Made by a program: the position numbers and the translations under genes. This document shows positions 18,790-29,799 of a stretch of DNA of 64,000 nucleotides, piece by piece. The notes beneath the pieces are model-generated. The model searched no databases, was not told the DNA's origin, and worked only from the letters and a program-made list of their open reading frames with translations. Within the stretch, counting starts at the first letter, position 1. Every line of letters starts with the position of its first letter. The stretch comes from an uncultured bacterium (lineage in GTDB: Bacteria; Zixibacteria; MSB-5A5; CAIYYT01): contig CAVSCK010000004.1 of NCBI GenBank assembly GCA_963726455.1, positions 992,001-1,056,000 of the forward strand, given 5' to 3'.

Positions 18790-19070
18790 TCAGGTCACAC
18801 CAATCGCCTCGCGGAGCGAGGCGATTGGCAAGACCTGACGCAACAGAAGAATGAGCCACGCAAATATCTTTCGACTAGTGGCAGGTCACAATTCCGCGCG
18901 ATGAGTAGTCTTGAGTCAAAGGACTTGTCGATCGGCGCGGAATCAGGACCTGCCACAACAAGGAGTGGTTGTTGAAGATTCGCGCGGTCCCTCACCCACG
19001 GCCATGCTAACATCTGAGGACATGCGCGCTCCCTCACCCCCTGCCCCTCTCCCACGGGGAGAGGGGAAAG
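18790..19070. repeat. REP-like palindrome cluster
   Basis: GTCAGGTCACAC...GACCTGAC and CCCTCACCCCCTGCCCCTCTCCCACGGGGAGAGGGG. Confidence 0.8.
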
Positions 19071-19092
19071 AGCAACAAAGCAATTAATTCAT

Positions 19093-21540
19093 TCACTTGC
19101 ACGAGGCGCAGGGGGCGGGACCGCCGGAGAAGATGTAGGCGATCAAGTAGACGGCGTCGGAGATGTCGACGGCCAAGTCGCAATTCGCGTCGCCTGCGGC
19201 TGATGGAATAGGAGCGGGACCGCCGGAGAAGATGTAGGCGATGAGATAGACGGCGTCGGAGATATCGACCGAACCGTCGGCGTTGACGTCGCCGCAAAGA
19301 TATGGAGCCGGAGGGCTAAGCTTGGTCACAAAAGCATCGTTAACGCCCTGATTTGCCTCAAAAGGACTCGAAGTCGGAAAGTTGGAGGATCCAGTCACGC
19401 CCGTCACATAGGCATTGCCAGTGCCATCGACCGAAATGCCGAATCCAATATCCCGTTGTAAACCATCCTCGTCGGCGCCGCCGAGGAAGGTGCTGTAGAT
19501 CAGAGTGCTGCCGGTACTAGAGAGCTCGAACACGACAATATCCTGGAAGCCCTGAAGCGTTGTCTGAAAGGGATTCAGAATCGGGAAGTTGGGAGAACTA
19601 GTCTCACCTGTCACATAGGCGTTGCCACTGCCATCGACCGCGATGCTGCGTCCAAAATCTCCGCCGAATCCACCGAGGTATGTGCTATAGATCAAGCTGT
19701 TGCCGAGACTGGAGAGTTTGGCCACAAAGATATCCACGATGCCACCCTGATACGTACCCTGATAGGGATTCAGAGTCGGGAAGTTGGCGGAACCAGTCAC
19801 GCCCGTCACAAAGGCACAGCCGTTGCCATCAAGTGCGATGTCATATCCCATGTCACCGACTCCGCTGGAAGGATCCACGCCGCCGAGGTATGTACTGTAA
19901 ATGAGGCTGTCGCCGTTACTGCACAGTTTGGTCACGAAAACATCCCAGCCTTGAATCGTCGCCTGAAACGGATTTAGAGTCGGGAAGTTGGACGAGCCAG
20001 TCATGCCCGTTACGTAGGCATAGCCACTGCCATCGATCGCGATGCCGCCCCCAGTCTCGTCGCCTCCTCCGCCGAGGTAGGTGCTGTAAATCAGACTGCT
20101 GCCGGAACTGGAGAGCTTGGTCACAAAGGCGTCAAAACCGCCATGATTCGTTCCCTGAAAGGGATTCAACGTCGGAAAGTCGGAAGACCCGGTCTTGCCG
20201 ATCACGTAGGCATTGCCGCTGCCATCGATCGCGATGTCCCCCCATCCGGCTTCTTCGATTCCCCCGCCACCGAGGTATGTGCTGTAGATCAGACTGTCGC
20301 CGCTACTGCTCAATTTGGTCACGAACGCGTCAGGGCCACCCTGGTCAACTTGATATGGATTCTGAGTGGGGAAGTCGGATGAACTAGTATAGCCCATCAC
20401 ATAGGCGTTGCCGCCGCCATCGATCGCGATGGCCTGTGCGTTATCGTAGTCCGCCCCACCGAGGAAAGTGCTGTAGATTAAGCTGCTGCCCGAACTGGAG
20501 AGCTTGACCACAAAAACATCCCTGGCGCCCTGAAACGTCGATTGAATCGGATCCTGAGTTGGGAAGTTGGGAGAATAGGTCCAGCCTGTCACATAGGCAT
20601 TGCCGCTGCCATCGACCGCAATGCCGTGCGCTTCATCCCAGAATATCCCCCCAAGATAGGTGCTATAGACCAACCCGACTGCGATAGCACCCGGCGCCTG
20701 CCGACTTGCGCCACTGGTTTCAAATCCGATCGTCTTCTCTGACAGTTGCGAGAAGCTGACTGTACCTGACAGAAAACTATTCGTGGGCGTTGTGATGGCT
20801 GCCGCCATGTCGCCCCATTTGGTTTTGAGGAGAAGTTGGCCGTCGGAATCGAGAGAGGTGGCGTCGGCGCCGTCGTAGGTGACTTTGACCTTTGAGAGGT
20901 CGGCATTGGGAGCGGCGATGAATTCGTAGGAGGCCTGATTGTTGACGTCGCTGGAGAATTTCAGGTCGATGCCGGGATAGATATCTTTGAGGGTGATCGA
21001 TTCGTAGTTCGGGACATCGGTGTGCCACTTTGTCGGGTCATTGCCGAGGAAGTAGTTGCATTTGTATTCCATGAGGCCAGCGGCGACGACTTCGGGATTG
21101 GGATTGGCGTCTACGAATTTGGCGGAGATGACGAGTTGGTCGATGGAGTCCGGGGAGGACACACCCCTTGGTCCCCTCTCAAGAGAGGAAAAAGCGTCCA
21201 TGGCAGAGGTTCTCCCAAGTGGGGATAGCGAAGCTTCCTGCCGCGAGCGAGCGAATGAGCCTGGATTCCCGCCTTCGCGGGAATGACCGAAGGCGGAATC
21301 GGCGGCGGTTTCGAAACGGCTGATGAATTGGTAGGTGATGCCGTCTTTCGTAAACCACATGGTCGCGCCGCCGGAAGTCGTGCAGAACAAGACGCGGTCG
21401 TCCCATTGGCCCATGTTCTTGGTGTAGGCCAGTGGCATTTTGTTAGAGGACTGCGGAACTTGTGCATTTGCAGCAGCGAAGATTGAACCACATAGAATAG
21501 TGGTGACGAGCAACGTGAGAATCGATATCAAGCGTGGCAT
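19093..21540 (-). CDS. Secreted SBBP repeat protein with dockerin-like domain (paralogue of 16150-18651)
   Basis: Near-identical N-terminus; same repeats; duplicated DISDAVYLIAYIFSGGPAP. Confidence 0.9.
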   Translation of the reverse strand: MPRLISILTLLVTTILCGSIFAAANAQVPQSSNKMPLAYTKNMGQWDDRVLFCTTSGGATMWFTKDGITYQFISRFETAADSAFGHSREGGNPGSFARSRQEASLSPLGRTSAMDAFSSLERGPRGVSSPDSIDQLVISAKFVDANPNPEVVAAGLMEYKCNYFLGNDPTKWHTDVPNYESITLKDIYPGIDLKFSSDVNNQASYEFIAAPNADLSKVKVTYDGADATSLDSDGQLLLKTKWGDMAAAITTPTNSFLSGTVSFSQLSEKTIGFETSGASRQAPGAIAVGLVYSTYLGGIFWDEAHGIAVDGSGNAYVTGWTYSPNFPTQDPIQSTFQGARDVFVVKLSSSGSSLIYSTFLGGADYDNAQAIAIDGGGNAYVMGYTSSSDFPTQNPYQVDQGGPDAFVTKLSSSGDSLIYSTYLGGGGIEEAGWGDIAIDGSGNAYVIGKTGSSDFPTLNPFQGTNHGGFDAFVTKLSSSGSSLIYSTYLGGGGDETGGGIAIDGSGYAYVTGMTGSSNFPTLNPFQATIQGWDVFVTKLCSNGDSLIYSTYLGGVDPSSGVGDMGYDIALDGNGCAFVTGVTGSANFPTLNPYQGTYQGGIVDIFVAKLSSLGNSLIYSTYLGGFGGDFGRSIAVDGSGNAYVTGETSSPNFPILNPFQTTLQGFQDIVVFELSSTGSTLIYSTFLGGADEDGLQRDIGFGISVDGTGNAYVTGVTGSSNFPTSSPFEANQGVNDAFVTKLSPPAPYLCGDVNADGSVDISDAVYLIAYIFSGGPAPIPSAAGDANCDLAVDISDAVYLIAYIFSGGPAPCASCK
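21159..21287. repeat. In-frame palindromic elements inside the CDS
   Basis: One HSREGGNP element and one SSLERGPRGV element in the same loop as in the paralogue. Confidence 0.85.
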
Positions 21541-21594
21541 GATGCCCTCCCGAGTTAGTTGGCCCGGTCAAGTTGAGAGATTTGATTTGTGAGT

Positions 21595-21622
21595 AAGATA
21601 GCGATAATGGGAGGCGTGTCAA
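21595..21622 (-). promoter_or_regulatory. sigma70 promoter of the second SBBP gene
   Basis: TTGACA-N16-TATCTT. Confidence 0.65.
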
Positions 21623-21644
21623 GAAGAAACGGATTGTCGCGGAA

Positions 21645-22130
21645 ATGGAGAAACAGGAATGTTCATCCTACTGGGCACCGATAGTGTGGCGAGGATGTGT
21701 TTTGAGAATTCGGGCGCTCCCTCACCCCCGACTTTGGCATACCTGTCAACGAAAAATGTTGATCGGGGGCCAACGGATTTACGCGCACCCTCACCCCCTG
21801 CCCCTCTCCCAATGGGCAAGGGGGGAATCGTCATTAATCGTGTCAGGTCACACACCCGACTTCGTCGTGCGCAGGACCTGACACAACAGAATGGACAAAC
21901 AGGAATGTTCATCCTACTGGGGCACTGATTGTGCGGCGAGGGTATATCGTGAGGACAGGCGCGCACCCTCACCCCCTGCTCTGCTAACTTCTGGCACGAA
22001 CATGGATGCGCTCCCTCACCCCCGACCCCTCTCCCAAAGGGAGAGGGGAGGAATGCTTGCGACGAGGAGGTTTCTTGCGGATTTGCGCGCGCCCTCACCC
22101 CCTGCCACTCTCTCAGTGGGAGAGGGGAGG
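21645..22130. repeat. Mosaic REP-like cluster
   Basis: Multiple CCCTCACCCC..CCCCTCTCCC..GGG.GAGGGG, ACAGGAATGTTCATCC and GTCAGGTCACAC.CCCGACTTCGTCGTGCGCAGGACCTGAC units. Confidence 0.9.
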
Positions 22131-22153
22131 AAGTTCGATGAGCAGTATTTTGA

Positions 22154-23135
22154 TTACTTGGCGGTCAGGGCCGTGGCGATGGTTTTCCAGTCGGCGGAGT
22201 GCAAGAATTCATAGAGACGCAGGGCGCTGACGGAGCCCCATTCATTCGGCGCAGGTTTGTCGGCATTAATATTATTGGAATAGCGGAAGCGGCATACGAT
22301 GAGTTGAATGGCTGAGCGCGGCAATGATGGGTCGCACCACTTCGGATTGATTTTGACGATCGGCTGGCCGAGGTCGCTTCCGATCGGCGCGACCGGTGGA
22401 GCATAAACATCTTTCTGGAAATAGCGCGCGGGGGCGCTGCGTTCCTCGGGCGACATTTTCGCAAGACCGTCCTTGTGGCCATTGACAATCATCGGAGACA
22501 TCTTGTCTTCAGGAGTCTCGTCCGCCAACTTCTGCCAGAAGCTTATCCAGTAGTTTGTTAATTCCTCGCGCGAGACCGGCACCCAGGGGATTTCGCCGTT
22601 GCGGCTGAGGATTATGATTTCATCGCCATTGTCATCACGGACCAAGGGAAACCCAGCGATATCGCCGGTGCGTTTCGGTTCAATAAAGAACTCAACTCCG
22701 GCATCGGTTTTGGCATAATTGTCAAGACCGCCCCGTGGGTTGTTCACGATGACTTCGATTTCGTCGGTCGGGAATTGAAAGAAGACTGGCTGATTGGTTT
22801 TCTTATCGCGGAAGCATGACTTCGAAAAGATATGAGCAAAAGCCGGTACCGGAACGCCCTTGGTCTTGGGGACGTAATCGTCGGCCCGCATGTAGCCATC
22901 AATCGACACACCTTTGGGAGGATTGAATTGCGGCGGCGCGATCAGCAGATCACGGAGTCGTTCAAGATTGGCGTTGAATGACGCGGCGTCCGCGGCGGCG
23001 AGACCGTACATTTTCGTATTCTGGCGGTCAACAGTGACCTTGACAGTGCCGGGATGATCGGGAAGATAATCGAATTCCGCCGCAAGTAGCGGCGACATGA
23101 GAAGTGCGGACAGATAGCACGATGAGTAGTTTCAT
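22154..23135 (-). CDS. Secreted hypothetical protein; apparent +1 indel in the signal peptide
   Basis: ATG 23135 after AGGAGG; removing one C gives MKLLIVLSVALLMSPLLAA joined to the 314-aa ORF. Confidence 0.7.
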
Positions 23136-23214
23136 TGACAGACCTCCTGATGACATTATGGGGTGTGAGTGTAGCAGTGTGTTAATGGAGTGGCAAGGAA
23201 TTTGTGGATGTACG

Positions 23215-23900
23215 CGCGCCCTCACCTTTCTTCTTGATGCAGGAGCGCACCCTCACCCCCGGCTCTGCTAGCTGCTGACACGAACATGGATGCGCTCCCT
23301 CACCCCCGGCCCCTCTCCCAAAGGGAGAGGGGGGAAGCGTCTTTGATCGCGTCAGGTCACACGCCCGACATCGTCGTGCGCAGGACCTGACACAACATGG
23401 ATGAAGAAGGCGCAATGCCGTGCGCGACCACTGTTTGAATCAAGGAGCAATCGGCCTGGATTCCCACTTTCGTGGGAATGACAACTTCGCGCATGCGGCT
23501 AGCGTCGGCAGATGGCGCGCACAGTGTGCCGTCAGGAAAGGATTCCTGACGGCGCCTAAACAGCTGACACGAACATGGGCGCGCTCCCTCACCCCCGGCC
23601 CCTCTCCCAAAGGGCGAGGGGAGAAGCGTCATTGATCGTGTCAGTTCACACGCCCGACTTCGTCGTGCGCAGGACCTGACACAACAGAAAGGACAAACAG
23701 GGAATGTTTATCCGGACTGGGGCACTGATAGTGCGGCGAGGATATTTCTTGAGGACTTGTGCGCTCCCTCACCCCCGGCCATGCTAACAGCTGACACGAA
23801 CAAGGGCGCGCTCCCTCACCCCCGGCCCCTCTCCCAAAGGGAGAGGGGGAAGCGACTCCATCGTCGGGACGCGGCAGGCGAGGACGACTGCAGGGCACGG
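23215..23900. repeat. Mosaic REP-like cluster
   Basis: At least five repeat families interleaved, including CTGGATTCCCACTTTCGTGGGAATGAC and GCCGTCAGGAAAGGATTCCTGACGGC. Confidence 0.9.
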
Positions 23901-24031
23901 GACAAGGTCTGCGCATGCAACTTTGAGTGTGCGGGATCGTTTATGAATGTAGTGTTGAATAAGTACGAAACAGTGACGTTGAATAAATACGAATTTGAAT
24001 TGCTCAACTGTATGCCGGATGCGATAATTCG

Positions 24032-24751
24032 GTGATGGCGGAAGGTTATTGGATCCGGGCGCTGGATTTGTGCCGGTACTATCGGCGGGCACACTATGAA
24101 GTGCGGGCATTGGATGGTGTGACACTCGGAATCGGCAAAGGGGATTTTGTCGGGATTGTCGGATCGTCGGGATGCGGCAAGTCGACGCTGCTCAATTTGC
24201 TGGCGGGACTCGACACACCCACCAACGGGCAGGTCGAGGTCGAAGGGCGCTCGTTGTTCGCGCAGACTCGCAGGGAATTGTCCGCCTACCGTGCCAAAAA
24301 GGTGGGGATGGTATTTCAGACATTCAATTTGATTTCGCATTACACCGCATTGCAGAACGTTGAAGCGGCACTTCTATTCGACGGCACGCCGCGACGTGAG
24401 CGACGTTCCCGCGCACTGGCGATTCTCGACCAACTAGGATTGTCCGGGCGAATTACGCATCGTCCAGCGGATCTGTCGGGAGGCGAACAGCAGCGCGTGG
24501 CCATTGCGCGCGCCATCGTGAAAAGACCGGAGGTGTTGTTCGCCGATGAGCCGACGGGCAATCTTGACCATGATAACGCGCAACAGATAGTCGAGTTGCT
24601 GGCAGAGTTGAATCGCAGCGGCTTGACGGTGGTGATGGTCACGCACAATATGGAATTGGCGAGGCAGTACGCACATCGGACGGTGCACATGAACTACGGC
24701 AAATTGGCTGAGGAAACGATAAATCCTGCTACTGGGGGGCCGCCCAAATGA
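24032..24751 (+). CDS. ABC transporter ATP-binding protein (LolD/MacB type)
   Basis: [35 protein letters not shown]. Confidence 0.95.
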   Translation: MMAEGYWIRALDLCRYYRRAHYEVRALDGVTLGIGKGDFVGIVGSSGCGKSTLLNLLAGLDTPTNGQVEVEGRSLFAQTRRELSAYRAKKVGMVFQTFNLISHYTALQNVEAALLFDGTPRRERRSRALAILDQLGLSGRITHRPADLSGGEQQRVAIARAIVKRPEVLFADEPTGNLDHDNAQQIVELLAELNRSGLTVVMVTHNMELARQYAHRTVHMNYGKLAEETINPATGGPPK

Positions 24752-26211
24752 AGTTTGTAGATTTCGTTTCGGTCTCGGCAGGAAATCTCTGGCGCATGAA
24801 GCTGCGGACGTTTTTGACGACCTCCGGAGTTGTGATCGCCATTGCCGCATTCGTGGCGATGCTGTCCTTCGGTGCCGGAAATCAGGAATATGTGTCCAGG
24901 CAGTTCGAGCAGTTGGGACTCTTCACGACGATGCAGGTGTTCCCCAAAACCAACTCCGGCAACAATGACACGGCGACAGTTGCGCCGCTTGATCAGGCGG
25001 CGTTGGACAAAATCGCCAAGGTCCCGGGCGTCAGATTGGCTTATCCATATGACGCCTTCCAAGTGCGCGCACAAATTGGAGATTCGAGCTCCACTACCAG
25101 GGCGCAGGCGCTGTCACAATCGGCAATCAGCACCAAGCTCTTTTCAAATATTCTGGCAGGCAAACCGTTTGACAATGACAGTGCGCGCCAGGCGCTGGTC
25201 ACGAGTGAGTATTTGCGAGAGCGCGGATTCAAGGCGCCCGACTCGCTGATCGGTTCACAGGTTGTGCTGACAGTCAGAGTATCGAGCATCGACAGCGGAT
25301 TGGCGTATGTGGTCGCGGACGGCCCACAGAGAGTTCGCGATTTGGTCGGGCGAATTTCGGCGGACTCGCTGCTGCGTTCGGCAGACTATCGCAGAATTCT
25401 ATTTCGCACGGAAGTCAACGACGCGCTGAGCCGATTCATCAAAGGATTTTTGAACGCCAGAGGAGAGATCAAGGATACGCTGACGATTTGTGGGATACTT
25501 GAAGAACGGCGGCTGGGACACCTCCGATCGGGATCGATAATGATTCCCGTGCAGACTGCGCGGCAATTCACCGGCAACGGTTTTACCGACGATCCCGCGA
25601 GCATTATCACGGCAATCAGTAGCGGCAATATATTTCCGTCAGCTGGCGGCGGCGGGAAGAACTATCCGCAAGTGACACTTGATCTCGATCCACACATCCT
25701 CTACAAGACCGTGAAGGATTCGGTCGAGGCGCTGGGGTTCAGGACATTCAGCTTCGCCGAACAGTTTGAGGAGATTCAGAAATTCTTTTTCTACTTCGAT
25801 CTGGCGCTGGGAGTGGTTGGTTTGATCGCGTTGATCACCGCATCACTGGGCATCATCAACACAATGGTGATGTCGATTCTGGAGAGGAAACGCGAGATCG
25901 GCGTGCTGAAATCGCTGGGCGCCGACGAACGAGATATTCGCTACTTGTTCCTTGCGGAATCCGGCGTGATCGGAGCGATCGGCGCTGCCACGGGGATTCT
26001 GTTCGGATGGTTGATAACGAGACTGGTTTCGGCCATCGCTCGCGCGATCATGATCAGTGAAGGCATACCGGAGACGGAATTGTTTGCGCTGCCGATCTGG
26101 CTGGTCGGAATCGCGCTGGCAATCGGGATTGGTGTCAGTCTCGTCGCGGGTTTGTATCCGGCGGCAAGAGCGGCGCATATTGATCCGGTGGAAGCGTTGA
26201 GGAACGAGTAG
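24748..26211 (+). CDS. ABC transporter permease (MacB/FtsX family)
   Basis: KLRTFLTTSGVVIAI, ERKREIGVLKSLGA, GLYPAARAAHIDPVEALRNE. Confidence 0.95.
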   Translation: MKFVDFVSVSAGNLWRMKLRTFLTTSGVVIAIAAFVAMLSFGAGNQEYVSRQFEQLGLFTTMQVFPKTNSGNNDTATVAPLDQAALDKIAKVPGVRLAYPYDAFQVRAQIGDSSSTTRAQALSQSAISTKLFSNILAGKPFDNDSARQALVTSEYLRERGFKAPDSLIGSQVVLTVRVSSIDSGLAYVVADGPQRVRDLVGRISADSLLRSADYRRILFRTEVNDALSRFIKGFLNARGEIKDTLTICGILEERRLGHLRSGSIMIPVQTARQFTGNGFTDDPASIITAISSGNIFPSAGGGGKNYPQVTLDLDPHILYKTVKDSVEALGFRTFSFAEQFEEIQKFFFYFDLALGVVGLIALITASLGIINTMVMSILERKREIGVLKSLGADERDIRYLFLAESGVIGAIGAATGILFGWLITRLVSAIARAIMISEGIPETELFALPIWLVGIALAIGIGVSLVAGLYPAARAAHIDPVEALRNE

Positions 26212-26216
26212 GAATC

Positions 26217-26680
26217 TCCCTCACCCGCTGCCCCCTCTCCCAAAGGGCGAGGGGGAGCAATGTCGTCAATCGTGTCAGGTCACACGCCCGACTTCGTCGT
26301 GCGCAGGACCTGACACAACAACCGACGCGGCAGGCGAGGACGACTGCCGCGCACGGAACACTGGACACAGGCGCGGACACACATTCCCTCACCCAGTGCT
26401 CTGCCAACACTAGATACAGGTTCAGACGGGCTCCCTCACCCGCTGCCCCCTCTCCCAAAGGGCGAGGGGGAGAAACACGCGTTCATCGTTGGGAGGCGGC
26501 AGGCGAGGACGACTGCCGCAGACAAAATGTGCTCCCTCAGCCCCGGCTCAGATAACACAGGACACAGGTTCAGACGCGCTCCCTCACCCCCGGCCCCTCT
26601 CCCAAAGGGCGAGGGGAGAAACGTTATTGATTGTGTCAGGTCACACGCCCGACTTCGTCGTGCGCAAGACCTGACACAAC
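26217..26680. repeat. Mosaic REP-like cluster
   Basis: Three CCCTCACCC..CCCCTCTCCCAAAGGGCGAGGGG, two GTCAGGTCACACGCCCGAC..., two GCGGCAGGCGAGGACGACTGCCGC. Confidence 0.9.
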
Positions 26681-26755
26681 TTTTTACTGAATTTTGTTGA
26701 AGGGAGACGTGGTATGGTGCAAGTGGAAACGGGAACGGTCGGAAGGCGTAGAAGT

Positions 26756-27262
26756 CTATTTGCCGAGTTTGAGTTTGAGGAATTCGCCAACGAGGATGGC
26801 AGCGGGATAGAGGACTTCCTCTTCAGTTTGAGCGTGGGCTTTGAGTTGTTCGGCGAAATGGACGTATTCCAGGCGGTCAGCGGTTCGGCCGGCGCTCGCG
26901 AGACTGTGAAGCGCGGCAATGATGGCCTGATGTTCCGTCAGCATTTCGGGGAGGTCGCGTTTGAGGCGCTCGGCCATGGCAATAATATCGTCGACATCAG
27001 ACAACGAACGACCTGCAATGAGATCGTCAAGCAAACCGAGCAATGGAAAGACGAACTGCTCCTCTTTGACAATGTGAGGTTGCAGCAGGCGATCAACGGC
27101 GGTGGCGGCCTCACCAATGAGGCCGGGCTCGCGCATGGCGTTCGCCAATTCGGCATGAATGTCCCGGTGTTCCAGTTTGAGTGACAGCGGAATTGATAGT
27201 TGTGGGTCGCGACCGGGCTGTTTGTCATCGAGCACTTGCTGGGAATCGTTCTTTTCGTTCAT
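26756..27262 (-). CDS. Hemerythrin/HHE cation-binding domain protein
   Basis: EHRDIH, PHIVKEE, EHQAI, HAQTEEEVLYP. Confidence 0.85.
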   Translation of the reverse strand: MNEKNDSQQVLDDKQPGRDPQLSIPLSLKLEHRDIHAELANAMREPGLIGEAATAVDRLLQPHIVKEEQFVFPLLGLLDDLIAGRSLSDVDDIIAMAERLKRDLPEMLTEHQAIIAALHSLASAGRTADRLEYVHFAEQLKAHAQTEEEVLYPAAILVGEFLKLKLGK

Positions 27263-27266
27263 AATC

Positions 27267-28610
27267 CTAGTATGCCATCCAGTTTCTACTTTCTCGTTTT
27301 AGCAAAAAGATGTGTTTCTCCCGGGTAGCCGTCTTGACGAGACTGCCGAGGAAACCGACGAACGTGATTTTCTGAATCAATGGCAGCGCCAGCCAACCGA
27401 CCGCCAGATGCCGGCCCAGACTGATCACTTCGCCGAGCATACGCGGGCGATATGATCTTCCGGCAGCGTGCACGGCGTCGGCATGAATGTTCTCCGCAAC
27501 CAGCCGCCCTTGTTGCAACGCAAACTGGGCGGCGGCGGGAACGGGGTCACCGGTAAAGGGATTGATCGCGAGCGCGCTGTCGCCAATGGCGTAGACGTAA
27601 GGATAGCCGTCGACTCGCAAAAATTGATCGACGATGACGCGACCCTGCGGGCCGGTTTTGATGCCGCTCTTCCCTATCAAGTCGCTGATACGAATTCCGC
27701 CAGTCCAGATCAGGCAACCGACTTTCAAGGTTTCACCAGTTGAGAAGGAAACCGTATCGGCAGAGCAATTGACAATCTTGGTGTCGGTGCGAATCTCCAC
27801 GTGTTTGGCGCCCAGTTTCTCAGCGACCTTCTCCGAGAGTGATTCACTCAGCGTCGGCGCAATGCGGCTACCGGCTTCGACGACGATGATTTCGAATTCA
27901 GTGCGATCGAGATGGCTCTCATGTGAGCAGCGTTCGACAAAGTCTGCCAGTTCACCCGCAAATTCGACCCCGGTCAGACCGCCGCCACCAATCACGAAGC
28001 GCAACAACTCGCGGCGACGTTCGCTATCAGGTTCCAGCGCGGCGCGCGCACACTGCTGTTTGATACTGTTGTAGATAGTCTGGGCGTCGTCAAGAGACTG
28101 AAGCGACAAAGAGTATTGTTCAAGACCTGGTATGTCGTAATAGTGAGTCTTGCTGCCGATGGCAATGACAAGATAATCAAAGGGAATTGTCTCGGCCTTA
28201 AGCTGAACCGATCTGCCGTCAAGATCAATCGCAGTGATGTTGCCCATGTGGAAGACGATGTTCTGTTTGCGAATGATGCGCTCGATGGGAATGGTGACCT
28301 GTGCATGACGGACGGCGGCTTCATGGAGCTGGGTCTTGAGCGTGTGGAACGGATTGCGGTCGATCAGATGAATCTGATAGCCCGGATTCTTGCGAAATAA
28401 CCGAGAGATGCGCAGAACCGCAGTCAATCCGCCATAGCCGGCGCCGAGCACGACGATGTTTCGAACCGAAGTTCGTGAAGGAACGTCGGTTGATGTTATC
28501 CGATGCACGGTCGACTGCAGGTCGAGAAATTCGGGGAGCAGTTCGGAAAAGAGTCGGCGATAGTGTTCGCGGGCGATCGGGTGCTCGTGAGCAGGATATT
28601 CTTTGTTCAT
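27267..28610 (-). CDS. ndh: Type II NADH dehydrogenase family FAD-dependent oxidoreductase
   Basis: IVVLGAGYGG, FVIGGGGLTGVEFAGEL, VYAIGD, AAQFALQQG. Confidence 0.85.
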   Translation of the reverse strand: MNKEYPAHEHPIAREHYRRLFSELLPEFLDLQSTVHRITSTDVPSRTSVRNIVVLGAGYGGLTAVLRISRLFRKNPGYQIHLIDRNPFHTLKTQLHEAAVRHAQVTIPIERIIRKQNIVFHMGNITAIDLDGRSVQLKAETIPFDYLVIAIGSKTHYYDIPGLEQYSLSLQSLDDAQTIYNSIKQQCARAALEPDSERRRELLRFVIGGGGLTGVEFAGELADFVERCSHESHLDRTEFEIIVVEAGSRIAPTLSESLSEKVAEKLGAKHVEIRTDTKIVNCSADTVSFSTGETLKVGCLIWTGGIRISDLIGKSGIKTGPQGRVIVDQFLRVDGYPYVYAIGDSALAINPFTGDPVPAAAQFALQQGRLVAENIHADAVHAAGRSYRPRMLGEVISLGRHLAVGWLALPLIQKITFVGFLGSLVKTATREKHIFLLKRESRNWMAY

Positions 28611-28943
28611 GAATTCGTCCAGGAAGCGATTGACAACTTGCCGCTGCGAAGAATCCGGTGCGGCGTGTTCGACACGCGAGGTTAGTCTGAACGGCTGAGC
28701 CCGAGCCCTCTGGCGGGCTCAGCCGTGTAGCTTTCTGATCTTTTGAAACGTCGGTGGCAGCGCGTTGCCGCGAATCGGTTTTCGTCGTCAAGCCCATCGA
28801 CGTCGGGCGGTAGTTCGTCATACTACTATACTACGTAATGAGGAAGTGCGGTGTGGAGTTTGAGGTAGTTGTGCAAGCTGTTAGAACCCAATAGCTTCTA
28901 AAATATGCTTGAGAATTTGTGGATTATACTTGAAGCGCCGTAA

Positions 28944-29765
28944 TTGATCGAGATGGCCTTTCTGTGGTTTGCGATTTTGGGATTAGTCGTAGGCGCTTAT
29001 GGGACTCTCATCGGCGTCGGTGGTGGATTCCTGCTGGTGCCGGTGCTGCTGTGGCTTTACCCGTACGAGTCGCCTGACATTATTGCGAGTATCTCCCTGG
29101 CGGTAGTGTTCTTCAATGCGGCTTCGGGATCGTTTGCCTATGCACGAATGGGGCGGGTTGAATTCAAGTCGGGATTCATGTTTGCAGCAGCGGCCTTGCC
29201 GGGGACAGTTTTGGGAGCGCTGTCGACTTCGTATTTGCCGCGCGGAACATTCGACGTCATCATCGGCTCCCTGCTGATTGTGGCATCGGTGTTTCTGCTG
29301 GTGCGGCCGCAAAACGACGAACACAAACAGCCAGCATCCGGCGGCAGGATGAAAGTGGTGCTGACCGATGCTAGCGGCGAAACGCATATCTTCTCTTATC
29401 ATCCCTGGATCGGTATCGGCCTGAGCTTCGCTGTCGGATATCTTTCGAGCATACTGGGTATCGGCGGTGGGATAATTCATGTGCCAGCGCTGGTGCACTT
29501 GCTGAACTTCCCGGTGCACATCGCGACCGCGACCTCGCATTTCATACTGGCGCTGATGGCGTTTAGCGGAAGCATGACGCATCTGCTGGAGGGAACATTG
29601 ACCGAGGGATTTGGGCGGATCATCCCGCTGGCAATCGGAGTAGTCATTGGCGCACAAATCGGGGCACGAATTTCGACGCGGATACATGGAAAGTGGATAA
29701 TACGCGGGTTGGCAGTGGCGTTGTTGTTTGTGGGGTTGAGGACGATGTGGGTGGTGTTCAGGTAG
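28944..29765 (+). CDS. Sulfite exporter TauE/SafE family protein
   Basis: GTLIGVGGGFLLVP and SILGIGGGIIHVP repeats; multiple TM helices. Confidence 0.9.
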   Translation: MIEMAFLWFAILGLVVGAYGTLIGVGGGFLLVPVLLWLYPYESPDIIASISLAVVFFNAASGSFAYARMGRVEFKSGFMFAAAALPGTVLGALSTSYLPRGTFDVIIGSLLIVASVFLLVRPQNDEHKQPASGGRMKVVLTDASGETHIFSYHPWIGIGLSFAVGYLSSILGIGGGIIHVPALVHLLNFPVHIATATSHFILALMAFSGSMTHLLEGTLTEGFGRIIPLAIGVVIGAQIGARISTRIHGKWIIRGLAVALLFVGLRTMWVVFR

Positions 29766-29799
29766 GGCAGCGCTTCTCATCCGCAGCTTTCGCGATTCG

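Noticed and set aside
19093-19300. DGR template/variable repeat pair
   Set aside because: The two near-identical segments are the two halves of the dockerin-like domain; no reverse transcriptase in the window.
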